From Octopus bimaculoides (Eukaryota), in contig NC_068986.1 of NCBI RefSeq assembly GCF_001194135.2, positions 110,842,969 through 110,906,968 on the forward strand: a stretch of 64,000 bases of DNA. The letters run 5' to 3'. Numbering within the stretch: position 1 is the first letter of the stretch; each line of letters opens with the position of its first letter. The position numbers and the translations under genes are program-made. Positions 11,670 through 24,591 of this stretch are shown in pieces. The notes under the pieces were generated by a model. That model searched no databases and was not told where the DNA came from. It saw only the letters and a program-made list of their open reading frames with translations.

Positions 11670-13689
11670 NNNNNNNNNNNNNNNNNNNNNNNNNNNNNNN
11701 NNNNNNNNNNNNNNNNNNNNNNNNNNNNNNNNNNNNNNNNNNNNNNNNNNNNNNNNNNNNNNNNNNNNNNNNNNNNNNNNNNNNNNNNNNNNNNNNNNNN
11801 NNNNNNNNNNNNNNNNNNNNNNNNNNNNNNNNNNNNNNNNNNNNNNNNNNNNNNNNNNNNNNNNNNNNNNNNNNNNNNNNNNNNNNNNNNNNNNNNNNNN
11901 NNNNNNNNNNNNNNNNNNNNNNNNNNNNNNNNNNNNNNNNNNNNNNNNNNNNNNNNNNNNNNNNNNNNNNNNNNNNNNNNNNNNNNNNNNNNNNNNNNNN
12001 NNNNNNNNNNNNNNNNNNNNNNNNNNNNNNNNNNNNNNNNNNNNNNNNNNNNNNNNNNNNNNNNNNNNNNNNNNNNNNNNNNNNNNNNNNNNNNNNNNNN
12101 NNNNNNNNNNNNNNNNNNNNNNNNNNNNNNNNNNNNNNNNNNNNNNNNNNNNNNNNNNNNNNNNNNNNNNNNNNNNNNNNNNNNNNNNNNNNNNNNNNNN
12201 NNNNNNNNNNNNNNNNNNNNNNNNNNNNNNNNNNNNNNNNNNNNNNNNNNNNNNNNNNNNNNNNNNNNNNNNNNNNNNNNNNNNNNNNNNNNNNNNNNNN
12301 NNNNNNNNNNNNNNNNNNNNNNNNNNNNNNNNNNNNNNNNNNNNNNNNNNNNNNNNNNNNNNNNNNNNNNNNNNNNNNNNNNTATATATATAATTTTCTA
12401 TTTATTTATGTGTGTGTGTAAATGTCCCCCTGTGTCGGTGTGTGTATCTATATATGCATATACAAACACATATGCATGCATACTCAGATATATTGACAAG
12501 CACACGTTGTTATACTGGTAAGTTACATGTTGCCAAAATGTTCGACTGTTTTTTAACCTTGCTCTATATGTGTGCTTGAGGTTACACAGATCACTGGCGA
12601 CACAGTCAAACTTATTTCTTGTACATGCTTGAAAGGATTGTAGTCATGACATATATACGGCAAATACCTTTATAGATAGATGGACAGACAGGTTGCTTCA
12701 TAGACACACAGAAAGATACGTATGCGATTGTACTTTTATGTTCGTATGTATGTATGTATGTATGTATGTATAAGTGGATAGACACGCAGCTAAATTACAT
12801 TCAGACAAGTGATATAAAAGAATTATATTTGCATGAGCAATGCACTTTAGCCTAAAGTACTATCTATCCTCTCTCCGTAGACGCAAACGTTGCTGTTATT
12901 ACTGGATAAATATATTCATGGCACCGAGACATCCAAAGCAACGTCAGCTCCGTTGGTTTGCGTTACAATTACAAATCATTACACAGTTACCGACGTTTTC
13001 TTTCTTCCTATTTTTTCTGCACGCTTACAACCATTTTTTTTTGGTTAAATACGATTTTTAAGTTCTTTCCTTTTTTATTTTTATTTTGTACATTTGTAGA
13101 AGATTATTCTTCAGTTGTAAGTTTGTAATCGTTATTTTTGTTCGTACTATCGTTATAATCGTCGCGATTTTTCTCCATGCAGTTACTAATTATGATGTTA
13201 CTAATTATAGAAGCATTATTTTCTTCTCAGTTTATTCATGTTGTATACATTTTGAGGGTTGTTTCTATGCGGAAGTTGTGATATGCAAGGAATCGTAACC
13301 AGATATACACATTATCGATTCCCGGAAAAAATAACTAAGCTACAAATTAGATAATTTAACGATGAATAGATAAATAATGGGATATTCCAGGTCGGGACAT
13401 TTTATTCATACCTGTGCTCGGTCAGTTTAAATACGGCTAAATAACAGCAGCAACCGATCAACAATGGGACGCATTTTATTCGGCTGACTCTTTAGATCGA
13501 AGGCCTATTTAAAAGTGTTTCACTTCAGGCTAAATAAGACAATATGCTAATGTCTCATTAATGGGATCATACACGTTATGAACCAAAGATAAGTAATAAT
13601 CCATTACAAAGTTGTTTTTTGCTAGAGTATGTTTCTGGATGGCTTCTTTTAAGCAAAATACTGGTCAAGAGTTTTCTAACATAGCTTCG

Positions 13690-16122
13690 GTTCAGGCAAA
13701 GACTAATAGCTTAGATGACTTGGCAGAGCAAAAAAGAAAACATCACAGAAACAAAAAAAAACTTAAACAAGGCAGCGGGTATTGTTGTAGCAGAAAGTGT
13801 GGGTGCTGATGTCAAGAAATATAAATATAATGGAAGTTACAAAAGAAAAGATTCATGGTGGAAAAGAAGAATACAGGCGGGGTGAGATATGCTCACGAAG
13901 GACATTTCTGCGTTAGACCGAAAAGAGAAGGGGAAGCTTAAAAGCGAACAAAAATCCAGGAAGTATAATATTGAAAAAAAAAAAGGGCCGGAAATTTGTG
14001 CCTCGTTGCAAAGAATGCAAAGATGGAAACATACGAGCAAACAATGAAGGGTTACCAACAGAATCTATTATTCAGCGTCGATCAGAAGAGATTCTATAAA
14101 GAAATAAATGGAGAATGTAGAGATGTAAAGTTTATACCTGATAACAAGAGGTTTGGGAGTAACATGTGGAGCAAAGACATGGAGCACAGGAATGATGCTG
14201 AATGGCTGGAAGAACTGAAACAAGCAGAAGTCTTTCCAAAACAAGCGGAACTAGTCATTTCAGTTAGGGCAGTGAATGAAATCAACAACAAAATTGGCAA
14301 AGGGGATGTCCCGCAACCAGATGGAGTTCAGGGCAACTGGATCAAAAGATTTGGTATATGTCAGGCACGAATAGCTACACAGCTGAACACCTTATTAAAT
14401 GCCAATCAAGTAGCACCAGAATGGTTGATAATGCACAGGACAGCGCTGTGCTTCAAAAACATCGAAGAGGGCAATACGGTTAACAATATCTGCAAAAAAT
14501 GGACTCCTGCCACATGAGAAGAAGTGGAGCAAGCATAAGTGCAGAGGTACCAAGGATCAACTCCTGATAGAAAAAAAAACTGTACTTGGAGACTGCAAGA
14601 TGATCGATTATCGTAAGGCGTACGATGTGATCGCACATTCTTGGATTTTGGAATGTGTGAACATATTTGGTATTGCATCGAATGTTGAGCAGTTGCTTGG
14701 AAAAAGTATGGTGAAGTGGAGGACGGAACTGACAGCATATGGAAGATGTTTAGGGTCAGTAGAAATCAGGACAGGCATCTTGCAGAAAGAGACGCCTGTC
14801 CCTATTGAATTTTCTACTATGCATGATACCACTAAGATTGATTCTGAGGAAAGCAATGGCTGGGTATGTATTCAAAAGACAACCACTTGTTATTCATGAA
14901 TGACCTCAAACTTTATGGAAAAAATTAATCCCAAGTCAGTTCCCTGGTTCATCGGGTGTATAATTTTAATGCCGATATCAAAATGGAGTTTGGAATGAAA
15001 AAGTGTGGTGCGTTAGTTTTGAAGAGAAGCAAATCAACTATATGAACAGGATAGCGATAGCATCGAGGGAGATTATGAAGCAGATAGAAGAGACGGGTTA
15101 TAAGTAATTGGGGATATTGGAAATTGCTAATTCGATGGAGAAAGAAATGACAGAAAAATTTAAGGTGGAGTACTTGCGCAGACTGAGAGTGATACGTAAG
15201 TCGAAATTAAATGAACGGAATAATGTTGAACTATCAACCCCAGGGCGGTTTCACTCCTTAGATATGAAGCAAGCGAAATCGCATGGCCAGTAGACGAATT
15301 AAACACCTTAGACAGAAAGACAAGGAAGTTGCTGATTCGATATGGGATACTTGAAGGTACGACAAACAAAGCGAAAAGACGACTGTGGATGACTACAAGT
15401 GATTTGAATCCGGAAACGGAGACTCTAATTTGAGTTGCCCAGTTGCAAGTACTAAGAATGAAATACATGAAATACAGAATGGTGAAACTGCATGGCATTT
15501 TACCAGCCAGTGTACGCGCTACTATCCCAGAAAGAAAATAAGAGACGTCATAACAATATAGCAAGGATTGGACTTTGCAACAAGTTTTGATTTGACAGAG
15601 CAAAATAGTGGTTCGAATATAAACTCGAAGGCATCATCGAAAATGATATTGCAAAGATTCAATGTGATTTTAGGATTCGATGCGATCATGCGATTGAGAT
15701 TAGGAAGCCAGGCATAGTGTTCATTGAGAAAGAAAGCAAACGATGCTAGATCATAGATATAGCATGCCCAGCTGAGAACAAGTTATGCGATAAAGAAGAA
15801 AGAAAAGTCGAGAGATACGACAGGTTAGCTTGCTAGGTTAATCAGTTTTGGACACAGAAAAGGTGGTAGTATTATAAGTAATTTTCGGAGCCCCGTGAAA
15901 ATTGAGGAAAAATTTTGAGAAGTACATGGAACAAATAAAGGTTGCAATAAGGGCGTAGCACTTGCAGAAAATAGCACTGCTTGGAACCGCTCTAATACCC
16001 CGGATGATGCTCGAAAAATAAGGTGTTACCTTAGTTCACTGGTAGTGAACAGCTGGCACCATAGTACAACTCAAGCATTAGAAGCTGTGCGAGGACGGTA
16101 AACAACAACAACAACAATAATA
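13690..16122 (+). mobile_element. Long decayed R4/Dong-like retrotransposon (pre-RT region, RT, partial REL, 3' UTR)
   Basis: Motifs in order: WWKRRIQ, NLLFSVDQKRFYKE, PQPDGVQGNWIK, PEWL..RTALCFK, IDYRKAYD, HLLFMNDLKLYGK (14893-14904 is the FMDD equivalent), IKMEFGMKKC, YKxLGILE, IRKPGIVFIEKE..IDIACP and LQKIALLGTA. The 3' UTR is nearly identical to 3055-3120 and is followed by (CAA)n(TAA)n. Many stops and frameshifts. Confidence 0.92.
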
Positions 16123-16124
16123 AT

Positions 16125-17135
16125 AAAAAAGCAAAGGAGTTCTGGAGTGGATTATGGGGAAACGATGTGGAGCATAGAAGGTAGGTAATGTGGATAGGAA
16201 CTCCGAATACAGAATTACAAGGAGGAAATAAAGTAATATTGTGATAAGCACGGGTGATGCCAAATAACAAGTGGGTAAAGTGCTTAACTGGAAAGCCCCC
16301 GGACCAGATGGGATTCATGGCTTCTGGCTGAAGAGATGCTACGCAGTGCATGAAAGACTAGCAGCCCAATTGAATGAGTGTGTCCTGAAAGGTACAGTCC
16401 CCTCGTGGATGGTAACTGGGAGGACAACACTTGTAATGAAAGATAGAAGAAAAAGGGAATAGTGTGGGAAACTACCGTCCCATAGGATGTCTAAACATAA
16501 TCTGGGAGATACAGGAATATATGTGGCAAAGACATACACTTTCCTGGCGCAAGAAGAAATTATACCAAGGGTACAAAAAGGGTGTAGGAAGAGTTCTCAA
16601 GGTACCACGGATCACTTTGTCAATCGATAAAACAGTTTTGAGGCATTGCAAAAAAAAAAATCATACAAACATGCTTATGGATTGGATTTACTTAAGGAAG
16701 GCATATCATATGATGCATTATTCTTGAATCACTGAATGCCTGCAGATATTTAGTGTTTCTGGCAAAATCACAAATTTTTTGTTGCATAGCAGGAAAGAGT
16801 GGAGAAACAAATTGTACTCAGGTAATGTATTCCTTGGAGAAGTTAATATTAAAAGGGGAATCTTCCAAGGTGTCTCGTTTTCTCCGTTACATTTTGTAGT
16901 TGCATTAATGCCCATAACAATGATATTTAGGAAAGTTGAGATGGGTTACCGATGTGGGAAGAAAGGCCCATCATCGAACCATTTTCTGTTTATGGATGAC
17001 ATGAAATTGTTTAGAAAATCTGAAAAACAGATAGATTCCTTAACCAAAACAGACCAGAAGTGTGGTAGGGACATCGGTATGGAATTTGGGATTACCAAAT
17101 TCTCAGTACTTATTATGAAAAGAGGGAAGAAAGCA
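16125..17135 (+). mobile_element. Second R4/Dong-like fragment covering the RT domain, truncated at both ends
   Basis: NWKAPGPDGIHGFWLK, PSWMVTGRTTLVMKD, GNYRPIGCLN, RGIFQGVSFSPL, NHFLFMDDMKLF (FMDD at 16989-17000) and DIGMEFG. Confidence 0.92.
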
Positions 17136-17423
17136 GAGATAGTACTTCTTGTTACAACAAACATTTCGGCTGTTTTTGTTACGCTACCGCCTGCCATACG
17201 AGCACCAACAATTTGACCTCTCTAAAAGTCGGATATATCTGAAATTTATTTATCTTTTTCAGGTGATATCTAAAACGAAGCAGCAATTTTAGCAAAGCAT
17301 ATTAACACTAATAATAAATAAAAAAAAACATAAAAATAAACAAGCTTTTGACGATTTTATAGATATTTCGAAATTACGATGCTATGATTCTAGGTGTTTC
17401 CATTATTTTGTCCAACCCCTGTA
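17135..17423 (-). mobile_element. 5' end of a Tc1/mariner DNA transposon: TIR with flanking TA and N-terminal HTH of the transposase
   Basis: Minus strand starts TA-CAGGGGTTGGACAAAATAATGGAAACACC (17423-17393), then reads SDF*RGQIVGARMAGGSVTKTAEMFVVTRSTIS, typical of Tc1 transposase N-termini. Confidence 0.85.
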
Positions 17424-17643
17424 TATATATTTATATATATATATAAAATTACGTAGTTCTATGTAGGTATAGTGGGATTAGGTATCGATATATCGCCGGA
17501 AGGCCAGTTTTTCTTCATTTCCCTATCTCTGTCAAAACGTCCTTTACAAAAACGAGTATGTATTGTAGTAAACCGCCATTGCGTAATTTTTCATGTCAAA
17601 TTCTTTTAATATATGAATTGACATGTAAAAGATTATATTTCTG

Positions 17644-17696
17644 CATACACACACACACATGTATATATGTGTGCGTGTGTATGTATATATACATAC

Positions 17697-17759
<63 letters not shown>

Positions 17760-18420
17760 NNNNNNNNNNNNNNNNNNNNNNNNNNNNNNNNNNNNNNNNN
17801 NNNNNNNNNNNNNNNNNNNNNNNNNNNNNNNNNNNNNNNNNNNNNNNNNNNNNNNNNNNNNNNNNNNNNNNNNNNNNNNNNNNNNNNNNNNNNNNNNNNN
17901 NNNNNNNNNNNNNNNNNNNNNNNNNNNNNNNNNNNNNNNNNNNNNNNNNNNNNNNNNNNNNNNNNNNNNNNNNNNNNNNNNNNNNNNNNNNNNNNNNNNN
18001 NNNNNNNNNNNNNNNNNNNNNNNGGTACGTATGTGCATATGTATAAATGTGGACGTATGAGTGTGTGTATATATATAGGTGTGTATATATATATATCTGT
18101 GTGTGTGTGTGTATGTATGTATATATATACATATCTTTATATATTTTGCCATATATATATATACATACATACACACCCACGCACACACACACACACATAC
18201 ACACACATACACACACACACATATGTACATATATGCACATATATGTGCGTGTATGTATGTTAATTGTATATCTGCATACATATATCTATATTTAATGTGC
18301 ATATAGTTGTATGTCGGTGAGAGCTTCTGTGTTTACATTTATGTTTGCATACATACACATATATATGCACTCACACACTCATAAGCACACGTGCACACAC
18401 CGACATTTACGCACACATGC
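17644..18420. repeat. Compound (CA)/(TA)/(TG) microsatellite field spanning the N-gap 17760-18023
   Basis: Seen directly. Confidence 0.9.
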
Positions 18421-19076
18421 ATTCTAGCGTCTGGATGCGGGAAAAGGCTAATTTGTATGGTATGCAAAAGTATGTTTATATGTGTACGTATGCACGTTTA
18501 TGGCAATGTGGGAGTGTGCCTGTATGTTCGTGTTATTGTGCGTGTGAAAAAGCAACACAATATTATTAACGAAATAATGTTCAGCAAATCTGATTAATTT
18601 AAAAAACAATCAATGTCATATTTGTAAAATTACACTTAACTTTCGGTGCAGTGACATTAAAGATGTGGTTTAAAAAAAATTCAAATAAATAAATATTTAA
18701 AATGGCGCCTAGTTTGATCTGTTTTAAAATATTTGCTTTACATTTCGTCTATAAACGGATAAACGTAAATCAATTACTGTAAAACATTTTTGTCTAACAA
18801 CATATAGGTTTGTTCTAGATTTTGCTTATTTTGTTTTTTTATCGTTGTCTCTACATACTGTCAGCGCGGATATCTCTCCGGCTGACCACTACTTCATGCG
18901 CAGAGCTTAAAATACTTAAACCAATTTAGTAATGGAAATAAAAACAAAACACATACAGCAATAACAACAGTAGCAACAAGAACATCAGTAATAATAATAA
19001 TAATAATAATATAATATTATTATTATTAATAATAATAATAATAATATGCTTTGTTTAAAATACAAACAACAAACTT

Positions 19077-19110
<34 letters not shown>

Positions 19111-20677
19111 CTATGTATGTTTGTCTGGGAATGTTTTATTTTATTTATATACATTGTCAATCCTGTATTGTTTTAAAGGATAAATTTAGAATATATGTAC
19201 TTGAATTAATTTCCATTATCTTGTGTGTATATATTGTATTGTATGTTGTGTGTACAAACAAAGTATTTTTGAAGTAAAACAAAAATGGGAAACAAATTAT
19301 CAGGTAATATAAGGCGCCATTTGATTTGTCTCTGTGTCCAATCAATCCCCATCGAGCGATCGCTTTGGCATAGACGCAGATACAGCCATAAAATTAAACA
19401 AAAACACAAACCATATATAGTATGATATATATGTGTGTGTGTGTGTGTGTGTATTTCACAAATCTTGTCGCTGAATATATACACGACATAATGGAAAAAG
19501 TACATTTAGTTTTGGCCAAATAAGTAGCATGCGGTAGTAAGTCCAATGCCGTATTCAGTTATTGTTCAGTATGTATTTGGTTACAATTCTATCGAAGCAA
19601 TTTTTACTTTTATCTTAGCGTTGCCTCCATATATATTCCTCTGTTAAGTGCTGCCAATGAGTGCCTTATACACCGGTATATAAGAGCCACCGGTATTCGT
19701 GTAAGTTTCGTGTGGAAAAACTAAAATCTAGTGTTTCATTCTACGTAGACCGAGATATATATACATATATATTTGTGCGTGTGTGTGTGTGTGTGTGTGT
19801 GTATATGCATCGAAAAAATTTACACAGTACGCCAATGGCTCTGCTGATGAATTATGAGAGCATTCATAAGCATACACGTTCGCAGGTGTTGTAAACCAAG
19901 CTTCCCTCATTCTCCAAACTGGTGGTGTATTTACAGACATCTCAAATTCTGCATAAAAAATGATTTTTTTTCTTTTTCGAAAATAACCATGACATCCTTT
20001 TCCTCTATTGCCATTATTGACAATCATTGTTTTCCGAGTTGACCTGTCATATTTCACACGACTTCAATGACGACTATACACAATGCCTAAGTCGTAGTAT
20101 TGGTTCTGTTTTGCGCTGTGTGTGTGTGGGGGGGTATTCTGCAAAAACTTTCGTCACCTAGCATCTGTTGACAGACCTAATCACGCATGCAAGCCTTTTA
20201 ACAAGTCCAAAGTAAAACGACGATACTGCAACATTGCATCAATGCTCAGGAGGTTAGCTCCCCTTAAGATCGCTGTATCTGGAATCTACAAGAGTAAGCT
20301 ATCATTCACATTGCATCCCAGACATTTCTAATATAAGCATGAAAGGCGTTTCCATAGTGTCTCTGAAGGGTCCATGCATCAAACAGTAAAAGAGCGATGT
20401 CGGCACACATATACGTTACACAGCAGTGTTTCTTCACTTTCTGATACCATCTTGGGAGCAGACCCAACGCTAATGAACCTCGAAGGAATCAGGTGTCATT
20501 TGATGCTATACGAATATATATATATATATATATATATANNNNNNNNNNGAGAGAGAGAGAGATTCAGAGGAATATGGTATTTAAGTTGAGGCACCAGAAT
20601 TTAGTACGGTATTATCCATACAATTTCAAAATAAGGTGATTAAAATCACAATAATAAACAAGGATATCCAGAGGTAA

Positions 20678-20763
20678 TGCAGCACGATGGTTTCAAGCAA
20701 CTCCATTTAAATGAATAATGCAATCATTACATTAATTTAAATGCAGAGCAATCCTCAGTTGCA
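20678..20763 (-). ncRNA. Hammerhead-like motif, long-stem-II family, copy 1 (probably inactive)
   Basis: Minus strand: TGCAA-CTGAGGA-[long hairpin]-GAAAC-CATC-GTG-CTGCA. G at the cleavage position and an A-C mismatch closing stem I. Confidence 0.45.
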
Positions 20764-21052
20764 TAAAGACAGAATTTAATTAAATTAAAACAGATGAACA
20801 TATTAGTATAATTTTACTTAAAATCTCCAAGAAGGTAAGGAGATAGACACAGAACATTCTGCCCAAACTTCACCATAGAAGCTACTAAAGTATCAGTAAG
20901 AAAGACTTGTTACAGATTTTGCTTGTCACTGTTTTATGGGATCAGTTTTAATTTATAGACTAGTTTTATCAAGTCTACGAAAAAAGATGGCCGATGGGCA
21001 CGCGTGATCCACGTGAGCAAGGGGGGAGGAAATGAGGGAGAGGTAGAGTGTG

Positions 21053-21144
<92 letters not shown>

Positions 21145-21679
21145 GAGAGAGAGAGAGAGAGAGACACCTATACATACATCTATATTTTTTCTGATTCATG
21201 GATTATAATTAATATAAAAATACCATGTTTATCTTTCCAGTATTCCATAAGTAATTGCCCTGAGCAGTGTTTATAGAAAACACCTAATATGTAATTAATT
21301 AAGTATATGAATGAATATTAAACCGACTCTATGTAGTCTTTCCTTTTTAGTGTTTATAAATGCTATATACACAAATTTTACCTATTTTGGTTATATCAAG
21401 TTTGAAAAGCTTAAATTTTATTTTTATACAACATAACATTGTTTATAAACAATCACTCACATTGCCCCAAGATGAAATTTCCTCTGTATTAATATCTTAG
21501 GTTATGTTAGCGTATTGCCCCTTTAACTGGTAATTAATATCATAATTTAGAGTCTTCCCCTGCCAATCCTCCTTTTATAGACAGTTACTCTATATCCAAT
21601 TGATTAATCCTAATGTCTTCGTTCGCCCTTGAAGGAAAGGGATATATATGATATTATTTATGACCATACCTATCCATGA

Positions 21680-22070
21680 GCTGTCAACTCACTCTTGCCC
21701 TTTATTCTAAACGGAGACAGTCCTCTAGTCTTAGATTTAGTAGATGATAAAGAGATAAATGAATTAGAAATGAATCACAATACTTTACAAGCTATGATCC
21801 CAATGGGCTTCATGCGATTCGTGGAAGTGTAGTCTATTCTTAGCTACAATAGCGTTGACATGAATTTCTTCCATCTTCTTGCTCTAATGTATTTGCGAAA
21901 AATTATATTAATGTGAACAACTGGTTAGAATTCTATATATTTATTTATCTGTGCAGCTGATGGTGGCACTGCATTTAAATTGATGTAATGATTGCATTGT
22001 TCAATTAAACGAAGCCGCTTGAAACGGTCGTATTGCATTAATACTTGTTATTCTGTTGCTTATTTTGATA
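21680..22070 (+). mobile_element. Penelope-like element 3' end remnant (possible GIY-YIG C-terminus followed by a hammerhead-like motif)
   Basis: Frameshifted INELEMNH/YDPNGL (PNGL at 21799-21810) resembles the PxGLN end of Penelope endonucleases. About 140 nt downstream lies TGCAG-CTGATGG...GAAACGGTCGTA-TTGCA, homologous to 20678-20763 and 54170-54253. Confidence 0.45.
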
Positions 22071-22143
22071 TTATGTATACATTCACACACACACACACAT
22101 TATATATATATATATATATACATACATATATATTGGACAACCT

Positions 22144-22337
22144 GAGTCACGAAAGTGAAATAACCAGCTGTTTCAAAATTTAGCATCCAAATTATGTATA
22201 TATATATATATATATATGACATATTAATATCGATATGAACTAAATAGGGAACTAAATACTTCAAGGGTTGTGTATGTACGTTATAGGAATTTGGATGCTA
22301 AATTCTGAAACAGCTGGTTATTTCACTTTCGTGACTC
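22144..22337. repeat. Near-perfect inverted repeat, 50-bp arms, 94-nt spacer
   Basis: 22144-22193 versus the reverse complement of 22288-22337: 1 mismatch. Confidence 0.9.
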
Positions 22338-22657
22338 ACGATGTCAAACATTTTGTCTCAGAATATATCCGCATAAACTCATGACCTGGTTTCTTTAAAT
22401 ACTCTGAGAAACGGAAAATGATTTTTGAAAAGAGGAAAATGAAACATTTTCAGTGCATTATAGCTGGTGTCTTTGATGATTTTATTGAATATGTTAAGAT
22501 GTATGACATCCACAGGAAAATTACTTTGAATTCTATCGTACATAGGAAACACTTAGCTGTTCGACTGAAAAAAATTCGGTGCATCATTATNNNNNNNNNN
22601 NNNNNNNNNNNNNNNNNNNNNNNNNNNNNNNNNNNNNNNNNNNNNNNNNNNNNNNNN

Positions 22658-22693
<36 letters not shown>

Positions 22694-24309
22694 ATATAGA
22701 TAGATAAATAGCTATATATGCTGCTCTGTGTACGCAGTGTTTATATTTGAATAATCTTAAATGTGATCATGATGTATATTTGTGTATGTGTAAGTATGTG
22801 TATGTGCATTTATATATATATATACATTTATTTATTTATTTATTTATTTATTGTGTCTATGTATGTTATTGGGTGTAGGTCTTTCTATGTTTATATGTCT
22901 ATGTGTGGTTATTTTCTCTATATTCATGTAATAAAATACATTAAAGTGTAAAATACAACGTTCGTATTTATTGATTTCCTTCCCAAAACTAGTTATAGCA
23001 AGGAATTGAAAACTTAGAGTCATATAAAAGAATCAGAATTTGACAATATTGGTAGTTAGTAGTGTTCTGATTTTAAATATAAAAAATGTTGGAGGAATAT
23101 CTTACATAAATAACATTTAAAAGCGTGACAAACTGGGTTACAATATACAAGTATAGAGCCAAGTGACTGTTTCACAAAGTAGCTGTCAGAAACACACACA
23201 CGCACACACACCAAAAAAAGAAAACATCCAAATGCGCACACGCATCTATCACACCAGATCGAAGATACAAAAACAGAGAAGGGAATTGTATTCTCTTAAG
23301 GATGGAAATGGAAACCTTTTTTTTTTTTTTACTTCAAAGAAATCTTTGCAAATTCTTGTTATTAGTTTTAACCTACGTGCATTATCATAAAAGCACGTAG
23401 AAATAGATACAATTTAGACACACTAAAGCAAGCAGAAAATCAGATATACGCAAATGCATGTATTGTGTGTGTGTGTGTGTGTGTGTGCGTGTATTGATAG
23501 AAATAGTAAGGCAACAAAAGCATGAAAGAGACCGCGATATTATGTAAATAGAGGAATTTATCTGTAAATATATGTGTCAATTATTTGGTAGTCATGTTGG
23601 GGCGGAAACCCACGCCGCTATCTCTTCAGTTATCGGGCCATCGAAAACAATGGTATGAAGATGGCAGTTAAACAAAGGGAAATTACTGTATGATTGACCG
23701 TTATTAAGACAAAAAAGTTATTAGAATGACCGCTAAGTGGAGGGAGTAAAGGTAAGGGAGTAAAAATGTTCATAGCAATCGCGTAAGCGCGCATGTCCTT
23801 ACACATGCGCGTCAGCACACCCACGTACATGTGCCTATGTGTATATACTCATCTACCCTCAATTGAAACACACACATGCTCACCCACACTTTCACCAAAA
23901 AATATATGCATACTCGCACACGCGTGCACAAATCTTCAAATCTTAGAAGAAAACACCGGCATACGTTAAATTAGCCGAGATGTAAAACTTCGAGTTATCG
24001 GTAATTCTATGGCACACCCAATATATCTATACCATCTAATGTATTAGGGTACACAACATACACTTAATATAACTTTAGCGTGTCACATGTTGAATGAAAT
24101 ATTAGGGTCCTGTACAAGAAAACGATGTTCTATCTCATTGTAGAACTATATTCGAGTCGCTCTTTTAAAATCCAAATTAACTTTTGAAATTGACCTAGTA
24201 TTGCAATTAATTTATATCGGGTCTAATTGAATGAATTTGCTTTGCAAATCTATTATAAAAAGTGCAAACATCCCCTTCGGTCATGAATGATTATGGGATT
24301 ACACATATA

Positions 24310-24558
24310 GGGTTCTCCTCCGAGGGACAAGGCCGGGCAAGATTGTTTGTGGAAGACCAGAAGTCACTCAAGCATACCAGTTTCCCTTCTCCACGCCATT
24401 AATGTTATCCAAGGGAAAGCAAGGACCGATACAGCATGACACCAGTGACGTCACAAATCATTTTTGCAGATGAGTGAACGGGAGCAACGTGAAATACAGT
24501 GTCTTGCTCAAGAACATATTACACAGCCCGATCTAGGGATCGAACTCACTACGTCATG
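24310..24558 (-). mobile_element. tRNA-head SINE-like repeat
   Basis: GGGATCGAACTC at about 24537-24548 is a reversed B-box. The body (AAGGACCGATA..CACCAGTGACGT) recurs at about 38660-38830. Confidence 0.6.

Positions 24559-24591
<33 letters not shown>

Noticed and set aside
11552-12521. Long ORFs of 250-295 aa in the track (also 46653-47611, 17544-18302, 28885-29527)
   Set aside because: They consist of X from N-gaps plus YI/HT/CV dipeptides from microsatellites; not evidence of genes.
18699-19323. Inverted AAATGGCGCC (YY1-like) motifs as a promoter or TIR pair
   Set aside because: Only 10-11 bp, 600 bp apart, with no supporting promoter or TSD context.
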